From IMG/VR virus record IMGVR_UViG_3300021168_000025, positions 5,621-69,620 of that record: DNA of 64,000 bases, one strand, 5' to 3'. A model generated the notes under the pieces. That model saw only the letters and a program-made list of their open reading frames with translations. It did no database searches and had not been told where the DNA came from. Origin of the DNA: a virus. Below are positions 1 to 9,139 of this stretch, one piece after another. Positions within the stretch are counted from its first letter, which is position 1; the number at the start of each line of letters is the position of its first letter. The translations under genes were made by a program, and so were the position numbers.

Positions 1-7
1 CACGGGT

Positions 8-577
8 TTGCCGCCGACCCTGGTGCGTCCGCGTTGGCAGGAGGAACCGCCGCTGCGACCGGATATCAGTGTCGATTGGATGGCATTTGGTACCCAGGCA
101 GTTCGCACCGATTTCGCGCCGGTACAGTATCACATCGATACTCCCGGTGACGGTTACGATGCGTTACAGGAGATGGAGGAGCGCGATATCATTTGTTCCT
201 TTTATGGACCGAACTCCGAAAAGTATTCATCGTATTTCCGTCGTGGTTTGTACATCGACCAGAATCAAGCCGTGTTCCGCGCTAACGCGGTTGGCATGGT
301 GGGTACCACCCCCTTCACTCGCGCAGCCGAACTGGTGAAGGAACGCTGGTGGCCGAGACAGGACATAACGGTGACTCTGCGTCGCGAGGTTCGTTACAAC
401 TATAATGTCTTTAACTTGTTAGCGGCTCAGGTCGAAATCCGCGCCAATCCGCCCGGCGAAACCCGTATTCTGAGCGAGACTGTCACTGCCGGTACGCCCG
501 CACCGGCACCCGGCACGACTTGGGATTCCGGTGCGACTGAATGGGATAGTGGTAGTACCATGTGGGATGTGTCATGA
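8..577 (+). CDS. Phage neck/tail-completion protein (probably 5'-truncated by the window edge)
   Basis: Open frame from the window start, directly upstream of the sheath/tube module; function from position only. Confidence 0.5.
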   Translation: MPPTLVRPRWQEEPPLRPDISVDWMAFGTQAVRTDFAPVQYHIDTPGDGYDALQEMEERDIICSFYGPNSEKYSSYFRRGLYIDQNQAVFRANAVGMVGTTPFTRAAELVKERWWPRQDITVTLRREVRYNYNVFNLLAAQVEIRANPPGETRILSETVTAGTPAPAPGTTWDSGATEWDSGSTMWDVS

Positions 578-1104
578 CCTCTGCGATCGACCCAACCAAA
601 CCAACCGCAGGCGAGGCACTGACCGCTGATGTGCGGCAGAACTTTGCTACTGCTGCCAGTGAAATAACCGATGCCCAGAACCGGTTATCAACGGCGGAAG
701 GTACTCTGACCACGGTACAGGCACAGGCAGGCGTCATCGGCGGGTCATGGACTTACCGGCAGTTACCTAACTGGTTTGTAGCGCCTTATTCGATGATTGG
801 GTTTGATAATGATGATCTGACTCAGGCAACAAACTTCAAGGCGTCACAACACGATAGTAACGGTGTCGATTTCTCTTATATGTTCGGCAACTTGCAGCCG
901 GGTGACCGCGTTCTGATCCGCGAGACAGATCAAGTCACTGGCACTGTCTACAGTGGCGTGCGCGCCACTATTGCCGCCAGCCCGCCAACTATCGATGGCA
1001 ATGGTTTTTGGTTGTTTCCGATCCAGCCGGGTTCTGCGGTCCCCTACGGTCCCGCCCCACCGGGGACCGGCCAACCTTGCAGTGTCTACTTCACCTATCT
1101 CTGA
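574..1104 (+). CDS. Hypothetical virion protein
   Basis: ATG at 574 overlaps the previous stop (ATGA); lies in the tail operon. Confidence 0.55.
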   Translation: MTSAIDPTKPTAGEALTADVRQNFATAASEITDAQNRLSTAEGTLTTVQAQAGVIGGSWTYRQLPNWFVAPYSMIGFDNDDLTQATNFKASQHDSNGVDFSYMFGNLQPGDRVLIRETDQVTGTVYSGVRATIAASPPTIDGNGFWLFPIQPGSAVPYGPAPPGTGQPCSVYFTYL

Positions 1105-1116
1105 GGAGCGTGAGTC

Positions 1117-2607
1117 ATGGCACAGGGTCTTTCTGTCAGTCGCGTTGTCGATGTTATGGTGAACTTCTCACCGCAGGCGATCCCGACCCAACGGTTTGAC
1201 ACTCTGCTGGCGATGGGTGACAGCGGGGTGATTGATACCGGTGAGGCGATCCGCGAATACAACGCTATCGCCGATGTTGCCAATGACTTTGGTACCACCG
1301 CACCCGAGTACCTCGCGGCCTTGGAGTTCTTTGGCCAGACACCGCAACCGGCGTTGATGTATATCGGCGAGTGGGCGAATACCGCGACCAAAGGTAGGCT
1401 CACGGGCGGGTTACTGACAGCGCAACAGCAATTGATCTCGAATTGGACCGGCATCGTCAACGGCGAGTTCAGTGTCATACTCGATGGCGGCGCGGCGACG
1501 CCGATCAGTGCGTTGAGCTTTGCCGGGGCGACCAATCTTAATTCCGTGGCCGCGACCATCCAGGCGGCAATGCGTACAGCGGCGAGCGCACCAGCACTGA
1601 CCTTTATCTGGAACGGGACGCAGTTTATCTGTCAGAGTGGGACCACCGGTCCCACCTCTTCGGTGAGCTTCTTCACCGCAGGGACTGGCGGCACCGATAT
1701 TTCGGCACAATTGATGATGACCAGTGCGACCGCAATCCGCAGTACCGCCGGCATCGCCGTCGAAACCCCGGTGGCGGCTGTCGCTCGCGTTGACGGGCGC
1801 GGTTGGTACGCGGTGACTTTTGCCGCGTCGCGCACATTGACCGACCCGGAACATTTGGCGGTGTCGGCTTATGTCGAGGCATCTGATGACAAGCATATGT
1901 ACGGCATCACGACCAGTGAGCAGACTTGTCTCGATCCGGCAAATGTTACCGATATCGGCAGCCAAGCGATGCTGGCCGATTACATGCGGACAACGATTCA
2001 GTGGTCACTGACCAATCCCTACGCTGTGTGTTCCTTTTTCGGTCGGGCACTGACCGTGAACTTCGAGGGTAGTAACACCACGATTACCATGAAGTTCAAG
2101 CCAGAGCCGGGCGTGTTCCCGCAGATACTGACCGGGTCGCAGGCAACGACACTCGCCGATAAGCGCCTCAATGTCTACGCCCAGTACAATAACGGCGCGG
2201 CGATCACCCAGGAAGGTGTCATGTCGGGCCGTGCCTATTTTGACGAGATGCACGGGCTGGATTGGCTGGCGAACCGGATACAAAACGATCTGTTCAACGT
2301 GTTGTATACGTCACCAAAAGTTCCGCAGACCAACCCCGGTGTCCACGTTCTTGTCACAACCTGTGACGCCAGTTTGTCACAGGGCGTGCAGAACGGGTTG
2401 ATCGCGCCGGGTGTGTGGAACGCACCGGGTTTTGGCGAACTGCAACAGGGTGACACCTTGCACTATGGTTGGTACACCTTTGCCAATAATGTTGATACAC
2501 AGTCACAGGCCGATCGCGAGGCGCGTATCGCGCCCTTGATCCAGATCGCTGTGAAGTTGGCTGGTGCCATCCATTTTGCGGACGTGTTGATCAATGTCAA
2601 CAGGTGA
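1117..2607 (+). CDS. Contractile tail sheath protein (DUF3383-like)
   Basis: 496 aa; N-term LSVSRVVDV, C-term KVPQTNPG and KLAGAIHFADVLINVNR typical of this sheath family; GAGGAG RBS. Confidence 0.9.
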   Translation: MAQGLSVSRVVDVMVNFSPQAIPTQRFDTLLAMGDSGVIDTGEAIREYNAIADVANDFGTTAPEYLAALEFFGQTPQPALMYIGEWANTATKGRLTGGLLTAQQQLISNWTGIVNGEFSVILDGGAATPISALSFAGATNLNSVAATIQAAMRTAASAPALTFIWNGTQFICQSGTTGPTSSVSFFTAGTGGTDISAQLMMTSATAIRSTAGIAVETPVAAVARVDGRGWYAVTFAASRTLTDPEHLAVSAYVEASDDKHMYGITTSEQTCLDPANVTDIGSQAMLADYMRTTIQWSLTNPYAVCSFFGRALTVNFEGSNTTITMKFKPEPGVFPQILTGSQATTLADKRLNVYAQYNNGAAITQEGVMSGRAYFDEMHGLDWLANRIQNDLFNVLYTSPKVPQTNPGVHVLVTTCDASLSQGVQNGLIAPGVWNAPGFGELQQGDTLHYGWYTFANNVDTQSQADREARIAPLIQIAVKLAGAIHFADVLINVNR

Positions 2608-2653
2608 CTCTTAGTCGGGACATTGACCGAGACTGTGATGAGAGGAGGGCAGC

Positions 2654-3127
2654 GTGGCGACCTACAGTTTCAACGACAATATGTGCGCGATCAGCGGACC
2701 CAACGGTGCCTTTAGCCTGGGGTACGGATCGTGTAACTCCGAAGGCGGTATCTCGGTGAACATGGTCGAAGACAAGAGCACCATGACCATCGGCGCGGAC
2801 GGTTGTGTCATGCACAGCCTGCATTCGGGCAAGGGCGCGACAGTCACTATTCGGCTGCTCAAAACCAGCCCGACCAACGCGTTGCTGTCACAAATGTACG
2901 GCATGGACACTAACACCGCCGGTAACCCCGGTGCTTCGGCCAATCACGGACAGAACCAGATTAGTATCCGTGATCTGCAACGCAATGATGTGATCACCTG
3001 TCAGCAATGTGCTTTTGCGAAGTTCCCCGATGTCACCTTTGCCAAAGAAGGCGGCGAAATGGTGTGGACGTTCCATGCTGGTGTCGTTGACTTTGTGCTA
3101 GGTTCGGGACTCGCGGTCGCGTTCTGA
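2654..3127 (+). CDS. Tail tube protein (DUF3277-like)
   Basis: 157 aa after the sheath; TYSF, MTIGADG, LLKTSPTN motifs. Confidence 0.85.
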   Translation: MATYSFNDNMCAISGPNGAFSLGYGSCNSEGGISVNMVEDKSTMTIGADGCVMHSLHSGKGATVTIRLLKTSPTNALLSQMYGMDTNTAGNPGASANHGQNQISIRDLQRNDVITCQQCAFAKFPDVTFAKEGGEMVWTFHAGVVDFVLGSGLAVAF

Positions 3128-3154
3128 CATTAGTCGCTTAGGGAGGGTGACAAA

Positions 3155-3607
3155 ATGGAAGAACTGGAACTCGGCGGTACGTGGTATCGCACCGGCAAGC
3201 TCGACGCGTTCAAGCAGTTTCACCTGTTCCGCAAATTGATGCCCCTGTTCAGCGGGATGGGTGAGACTGCGGCTGTGCGTATAGCACGGGAAGCGGGCGC
3301 GAATAACGAGGTTCTTAACTGGGCCGGACTCGGGCCGATAGCGCAAGCCGTCGCCGAGATGTCACAGGCAGACAGTGAGTTTATCATCAAGACCTGTCTG
3401 ACGGTGTGCCAGAGAAAGAACCCGACCGGACAATGGGTGCGAGTTACCACGCCGCAGGGTGATTTGATGTTTGAGGACATCGATCTCCAGGTGATGTTAC
3501 AGTTGTCATTCTCGGTGATTCAGGACAACCTCGCACCTTTTTTTCCAGGCCGCTCCCTCAACGGTTCGGGAGCCGAGGTGGCCCCAGCATCGAACCCGTC
3601 GATATGA
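3155..3607 (+). CDS. Tail assembly chaperone
   Basis: Between tube and tape measure; KLDAFKQFHLFRKL motif; slippery T-TTT-TTT at 3538-3544. Confidence 0.8.
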   Translation: MEELELGGTWYRTGKLDAFKQFHLFRKLMPLFSGMGETAAVRIAREAGANNEVLNWAGLGPIAQAVAEMSQADSEFIIKTCLTVCQRKNPTGQWVRVTTPQGDLMFEDIDLQVMLQLSFSVIQDNLAPFFPGRSLNGSGAEVAPASNPSI

Positions 3608-3783
3608 CGGATGGCGAGTACTGGATCATGCGCCCGGTACTCGAAGGGATGTGTAACTACGAATCGTTGGTAAACGGCGCATTAGATTTAGCCGATGTGT
3701 CACGGATGAACGAGGCAATAGACGTGCGCAATGAGATGCGTGCGCGTGTCCAGGACATCGTAGAGTCGGAGCGGAATCGCTGA
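3604..3783 (+). CDS. Tail chaperone downstream ORF / -1 frameshift extension (not in ORF track)
   Basis: MTDGEYWIMRPVLEGMCNYESLVNGALDLADVSRMNEAIDVRNE; the -1 frame is open from 3541 to TGA at 3781-3783. Confidence 0.75.
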   Translation: MTDGEYWIMRPVLEGMCNYESLVNGALDLADVSRMNEAIDVRNEMRARVQDIVESERNR

Positions 3784-3784
3784 C

Positions 3785-6517
3785 ATGGCCGATACGGTCC
3801 TAGAATCATTCCTCATCAAACTCGGCTATCAGGTTGATCAGTCGAGCCAGAAGAACTTTTTGTCAGCGATTTCTGGCGCTCTTGGCATGGTTGGCAAGTT
3901 CGTTGGCGAATTGGTGGCACTGTCAATTGCGGTTGAGGAGATGGTGCGCCGGACAGCGGCGCAGATGGCGCGGTTACATTTTACGGCGGAACTGGCGAAC
4001 AGCAGTTCCCTGGCGATGAAACGTTACGCCGAAGCGGTGCAGTCTGTTGGTGGTAGTTACGAACAGGCGATACAGTCACAGGAGAAGTTTGGTCAGTTCC
4101 TGTTGCAGCAGCCGTGGATGAAGGGTTACGCCGCTGCGGCAATCGGACGGGAATTTGCTAATACCAGTGACTTTATGGAGGCTGCCACCCAAAAGTACCA
4201 CCAGTTATCGCAGCAATTTGGTGAGGATAGCAAGGAAGTCCAGGCCTACCGTATCGAGCTTGAGCAGGTTCTCGGCATCGATATGAAGCCACTGATCCTG
4301 GCGGATAAGGATTGGGAAGGTCACACCAAGGCGATTGAGCAAGCCAATCGGGCGACCGAAGCGTTCGGTTCCCGGTGGAATGAGACAGAGGTACAAGCTG
4401 TCAGACTCACGCGCAGCTTCGGCTTCCTGACGGACACCGCAGACCGTTACTATAAGACCTCGATGAAAGGTCTTATGGAGTTTTTGACGACCATCTTTGA
4501 CGCAGTCAACAATTGGTTACTAAGCCAAGCGCCGAAGTTCGAATCGTGGATGGATGAACTAGAACAAAATTTCAGAGAGGGTAACTGGGAAAAGCTTGGT
4601 GAGCAGATTGGTGACTTAATCCTTAACGCCATTACCAAAAGTATCGATTACATCGGTCAGCATTTGGAGGGTTGGGTAGAGGCCGGGTTGAAGGCTGGTG
4701 AAGCCTTTGCCAACGGCTTTGAGAATTCGTTGCTGAAAGTGTTACCGACCTGGATGAGTGACGCCATCGCCAAGATCGAAGGGCGACCGGGTTCCGAGAA
4801 GATTGAGTGGGGCAAAATCCTTCATGACTTTATCGGCTTACCGCCGGAGATGGATAAGTGGCTGCGGAACTTGAACAATGAGCCGGGTTTCCAGCCGGGT
4901 CCGCATTACAACGGGGAACCAAATCTGACACCCGGCAAGCCGCCCGGCAGTTACCAGCATGGTGGTATTGTTCCCATCAACGCGCACCCCGGCGAGATGG
5001 TACTGCCAAAAGTGATTAGTGACGGGTTACAGTCATTTTATGGCGGCGGTGAAGAGAACACCTGGATGGATGATGTGAGTCGCTGGTTGGAGGGTGACAC
5101 TGCCTTTGAGCCGATGGTGAATTTTGTTGATGAGGTTTATACCAAGCTGACTGATGTGTTTGAGGACGCGCTTCTCCGTGTCGGTGGCGGTGCCGGTGCC
5201 GGCGGTGGCGGTGCCGGTGGCGGCGATAAGCCTAGTACGGGTGACGGCGATAAGCCCAGTGGTGATAAGCCCAGTGACGGTGATTCTACCAAGGCTGTAC
5301 CATCACTCTCCGGTGGCTCGAAGCAACAGCAGGCGATGGATTACTTTATCAAAGCCGGATGGACAAAGGAACAGGCAGCCGGGATTGTCGCTAATTTGTC
5401 GGTCGAAACCGGCGGTACCTTTGATCCGAAATCAAAGGGTGACAGCGGTCAGGCTTATGGTGTCGGTCAGTGGCACCCGGATCGTCAGGCGAAGTTCAAG
5501 GAGATTTTTGGCAAGGATATCAAAGAATCGACGTACGCGGAACAATTGGCCTACGTCAATTGGGAACTCCGAAACGGCGGGCCATTAGAGCGTAAGGCTG
5601 GTGAGGAACTCAAGAAGCAGTTGACCGCCGAAACATCGGGCGCGACAGTCAGTCGGCGCTACGAGCGCCCCGCCGCCGCCGACTACAATGCGCGGTTACG
5701 CGGGCAGAAAGCGGCCGAGATCGCCCGAACCTATCAGCCCGGTGACACTGCCACCCTACCTGATCAACAACAGTTACCAAAAGATAGTTTCGGCGGCGGT
5801 GGCGGTGGTGCGGTGGGGAATGTAGTCGATCAGATGATCGCCCTCTCCGGTGGCCGTGGCGCGGCGGTGCGTGAGTTTCTCCGCAACCCGAAAGGTGTCA
5901 TTGAGCGCGATCCCGATCTCGGTTTGTGGTGCGCCGAGTTCACCAATGCTTACCTGCAACATTCTGGTGTTCCGCACCCGCCCGGTTTATTTGCACGCTC
6001 GTACGCGGCTTGGGGTTACGCTGTCGCAGCCAAAAACTTGCGCAAGGGTGACGTGCTATTGAACCTCAATCGAGCGCATGTCGGTGTCGCAACCGGCAAG
6101 ACATGGCTCAATACGCCGGGTCACAAGCCGGGTGAGGTCGAGGAGATATCATCAAACACGCTTGGACCGCATGGTGAGTTGCTGAATATTCCGGGAACGC
6201 GGTGGCGCAGCGATGTTGAAGTGCGGCGTTCGGCTGAGCTTGCAAAGCTCCAGGAACAAACCAATCAGGTTGAGGTGGCACAGAAGGCGCAGGAACTCAA
6301 AAAGAACCAAGACCAAGCTGCCCAGCGTGACATCCAGTACAGTTCCGGTCTGAAACCTGTTGCTGCAAACGATCAGTCACGGCCGATCACTGATAACAGT
6401 ACCAATATAACGCACATTCACGGCGTCACTAATTACCACGACGCGATACCGGGGCAGGTTACCGGAGATCGTCGTGACGCCTATCAGAAACGCTATCAGA
6501 GGACGTATTACGCATGA
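3785..6517 (+). CDS. Tape measure protein with tail-lysozyme and CHAP/NlpC-like domains
   Basis: Helical N-half starting ESFLIKLGY; AAGIVANLSVETG...GVGQW (phage tail lysozyme); WCAEFTN...HVG (Cys-His peptidase). Confidence 0.85.
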   Translation: MADTVLESFLIKLGYQVDQSSQKNFLSAISGALGMVGKFVGELVALSIAVEEMVRRTAAQMARLHFTAELANSSSLAMKRYAEAVQSVGGSYEQAIQSQEKFGQFLLQQPWMKGYAAAAIGREFANTSDFMEAATQKYHQLSQQFGEDSKEVQAYRIELEQVLGIDMKPLILADKDWEGHTKAIEQANRATEAFGSRWNETEVQAVRLTRSFGFLTDTADRYYKTSMKGLMEFLTTIFDAVNNWLLSQAPKFESWMDELEQNFREGNWEKLGEQIGDLILNAITKSIDYIGQHLEGWVEAGLKAGEAFANGFENSLLKVLPTWMSDAIAKIEGRPGSEKIEWGKILHDFIGLPPEMDKWLRNLNNEPGFQPGPHYNGEPNLTPGKPPGSYQHGGIVPINAHPGEMVLPKVISDGLQSFYGGGEENTWMDDVSRWLEGDTAFEPMVNFVDEVYTKLTDVFEDALLRVGGGAGAGGGGAGGGDKPSTGDGDKPSGDKPSDGDSTKAVPSLSGGSKQQQAMDYFIKAGWTKEQAAGIVANLSVETGGTFDPKSKGDSGQAYGVGQWHPDRQAKFKEIFGKDIKESTYAEQLAYVNWELRNGGPLERKAGEELKKQLTAETSGATVSRRYERPAAADYNARLRGQKAAEIARTYQPGDTATLPDQQQLPKDSFGGGGGGAVGNVVDQMIALSGGRGAAVREFLRNPKGVIERDPDLGLWCAEFTNAYLQHSGVPHPPGLFARSYAAWGYAVAAKNLRKGDVLLNLNRAHVGVATGKTWLNTPGHKPGEVEEISSNTLGPHGELLNIPGTRWRSDVEVRRSAELAKLQEQTNQVEVAQKAQELKKNQDQAAQRDIQYSSGLKPVAANDQSRPITDNSTNITHIHGVTNYHDAIPGQVTGDRRDAYQKRYQRTYYA

Positions 6518-8019
6518 GTGGTGGTGGTGACTTTGGTGGTGGCGGTGACTTTCCGTCCGATCAGGGCGGGGGGAACTTTAGTGGTGGCGGTGACTTTCCT
6601 ACGGGTACTCTAGATAAGACCCGTTTCGCCAACACATCCACCCAAAGCAACAACTTCTCGGTGTCGGACCTCAGTAAGGATTCGGCTTTGACCGAAGGCT
6701 GGCGCAAGCTTGCGTACCAGATGCAACCGTCAGAGGGTGCAGGCTCTGGTCAGCTTGACCCTTCATCGATCAACAATGACGCGCAGTGGTTACGAGTCTT
6801 CAGTTTGATTGTGTACAAGTCCGGCGCACTTGCTGCGAACACCGGGAACTCGCCTACCCACGCTTCCTCTGCGGCTGCTGCGCCACAGGGTGCGCGTGTC
6901 GTACCGTTCCCGCGCTCGCGTGTAGCGACGCCGCGTGATACGCCCTCGACCACCCTCGACCCGGTCGAGGTTACCGCCCCGGCAAACCAGCCGCAGCAGC
7001 CGCAACAGGATCGTGGGATCGACCTGTCCAATTTGCGGTGTGTGTTCAATATCAACAAGACGACAAATCAGTCACCAAACATATTGTACGCCAGGGTGTA
7101 TAACCTGTCACCGACAACCCTAGCCAAGGTACTTGAGTTCACTCGCGTGCAAATCAGTGCCGGGTACCGCTACGCCAATTACGGGCTGATCTTTGATGGC
7201 AAGGTTGTGCAGTACCGGCGCGGCAAGGAGACACCGGTTGACACCTATCTTGAGATACATGCGGGTGACGGCGACGCTGCGATAAACGGCGCGATGTATT
7301 GGGCGGTGACTCACGGTGGTACCAAGGCGGCTGACATGATAAAAAACCTCCAAGCCGCGCAGAAGGAATATGACAAAGATTTAAAGGAACCCGCACCCAT
7401 CGATCCTAAACTGTACCCCGGTTACATCAGAAAGACGCGGGTCGATTTTGATCACTGGAAGCGGTTACAGTACGAATTCGATAACGCCTATGGAACCCAG
7501 GCGATAATCGATAACGGGCAGCAGATCATTCTGTCCAAGGGGGCTTACCGTACCGGCGAAGCGGTGGTCTTGTCACCAAAGACCGGTTTGATCGGTTTGC
7601 CGGAAGTGACGCCGCAGGGTATCCAGGCAAAGTGTCTATTGAACCCGCGCATTCAGTTGGGCGGTTTGGTGAAGATCGATTCGGCGGTTTTGTCGGGCGT
7701 GGCGTATACCCCAGGCACCGCAGCCCAGGTTGATCCGAATACCGGGAACATTGTTGCCGGTGCGCCGACCGGCGGTCTTACGACCGGTGACCTCGCCGTT
7801 GCGATCCGGGGACAGAAGCTCGAAACAGCCTGGACGAGTCCGATTGGACTGTACAAGGTACTGTTGATGAACATCAACGGTGACACTCGCGGTAACCCTT
7901 GGTACAACGATTTGATCATGGTTGCGCTAGATAGTAACGGTAACCTGATGCGCGACGCGAACCCGTCCAACGCGTTTCGCCGCGCTAGTACCGCCGCGAT
8001 CAACGCCCCGGTGAGGTAG
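6514..8019 (+). CDS. Baseplate hub protein
   Basis: RVYNLS, ISAGY, IFDG, TGLIGLPE, CLLNPRI, GDTRGNPWY motifs typical of myophage hubs. Confidence 0.75.
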   Translation: MSGGGDFGGGGDFPSDQGGGNFSGGGDFPTGTLDKTRFANTSTQSNNFSVSDLSKDSALTEGWRKLAYQMQPSEGAGSGQLDPSSINNDAQWLRVFSLIVYKSGALAANTGNSPTHASSAAAAPQGARVVPFPRSRVATPRDTPSTTLDPVEVTAPANQPQQPQQDRGIDLSNLRCVFNINKTTNQSPNILYARVYNLSPTTLAKVLEFTRVQISAGYRYANYGLIFDGKVVQYRRGKETPVDTYLEIHAGDGDAAINGAMYWAVTHGGTKAADMIKNLQAAQKEYDKDLKEPAPIDPKLYPGYIRKTRVDFDHWKRLQYEFDNAYGTQAIIDNGQQIILSKGAYRTGEAVVLSPKTGLIGLPEVTPQGIQAKCLLNPRIQLGGLVKIDSAVLSGVAYTPGTAAQVDPNTGNIVAGAPTGGLTTGDLAVAIRGQKLETAWTSPIGLYKVLLMNINGDTRGNPWYNDLIMVALDSNGNLMRDANPSNAFRRASTAAINAPVR

Positions 8020-8022
8020 GCG

Positions 8023-8808
8023 ATGGCAGCCAATGTTCCATCAACCACGCTGCAATACGGGAACTGGTCACCGGCCTTCTTCCGTCCGCACGCGCGGTCG
8101 ATTGGTGGCATCGTTGCACAGGTGACAATCGATGAGCAGGGTAGTGACGATGTACAGATCACGGAGCATCCGGTCGAACAGGGTGCGCCGATAGCGGATC
8201 ACGCATTTAAGCGCCCCGCAACTGTGGCAATACGCGCGGGGTGGACAAGACAGATTGCATGGGATTTAAGTGCCGAAACCGGTGTCTACGGTTTGTTACT
8301 GTCGTGGCAGGCGGCGTTGTTACCGTTCGATGTGTACACCGGCAAGCGCAAGTACACCAATATGCTGATCGAGCGGTTACAGGTGACGACAGATAATCAT
8401 ACCGAGTTCGCCTTGATGGCGACGATCACCTGTCGGCAAGTGATTATTGTCTCCACCGCGAGCACGACAAACACCGGTTTGTCGAACAACCCCAACGATC
8501 AGAACAACCCGGCACAAACTGGACAGGAGTCAAACGGCGGTAACAAGCAGGCGACGCAAAGCGGTTACTCGACAGGCGGTGCCGCGCAGTTGACGACTCC
8601 GGTGGCGGGAGAGGGTCTTCAGCCACCACCGACCGCGCAGCCGCCCAGCTATGCGCCGACAGAGCCGTCATCGGGCATGCTCGCGGGTGGTGCGCTCAGC
8701 TTTACGACACCACAGGCGAACGCTGTGGGGCTTGGAATGGCAGCCAACGGCGCGGAGGTACCAAACAACCCGCCGGTCGATCCGATCACATTTGAAAGCC
8801 CGATTTGA
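8023..8808 (+). CDS. Baseplate/Dit-like tail protein
   Basis: ITEHPVEQGAPIADHA and VYTGKRKYTNMLI motifs. Confidence 0.75.
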   Translation: MAANVPSTTLQYGNWSPAFFRPHARSIGGIVAQVTIDEQGSDDVQITEHPVEQGAPIADHAFKRPATVAIRAGWTRQIAWDLSAETGVYGLLLSWQAALLPFDVYTGKRKYTNMLIERLQVTTDNHTEFALMATITCRQVIIVSTASTTNTGLSNNPNDQNNPAQTGQESNGGNKQATQSGYSTGGAAQLTTPVAGEGLQPPPTAQPPSYAPTEPSSGMLAGGALSFTTPQANAVGLGMAANGAEVPNNPPVDPITFESPI

Positions 8809-9137
8809 TGAGCACGATTTGGCAAGTCCCGCTATCACCGCGTAACCAGCAACTGGTGCTGGATATCGGTGGTACGAGCTACACACTACATTTTAATTAC
8901 AATGTGGTTAACCAGACCTGGATTGTCGATGTCGCCGATGCGAACGACAATCCTATATGTAACGGGATATCGTTGGTTACTGGTGTAGACCTGTTTGGCC
9001 AGTTCCGTTACCTGGGTATAGGAGGCGGGGTACCGATGATCACGATGACGATGGGTGTTGGTCACTCACCGGATGAGATACCGACTTTTGACAATCTCGG
9101 TATCGAGGCCCAAGTGTTCTTTCAGACGCTGGTGTAG
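8805..9137 (+). CDS. Small baseplate protein
   Basis: 110 aa; [28 protein letters not shown]. Confidence 0.7.
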   Translation: MMSTIWQVPLSPRNQQLVLDIGGTSYTLHFNYNVVNQTWIVDVADANDNPICNGISLVTGVDLFGQFRYLGIGGGVPMITMTMGVGHSPDEIPTFDNLGIEAQVFFQTLV

Positions 9138-9139
9138 CT

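Noticed and set aside
6514-6600. GGTGGCGGTGACTTT repeats as a regulatory array
   Set aside because: In-frame GGGDF peptide repeats at the hub N-terminus
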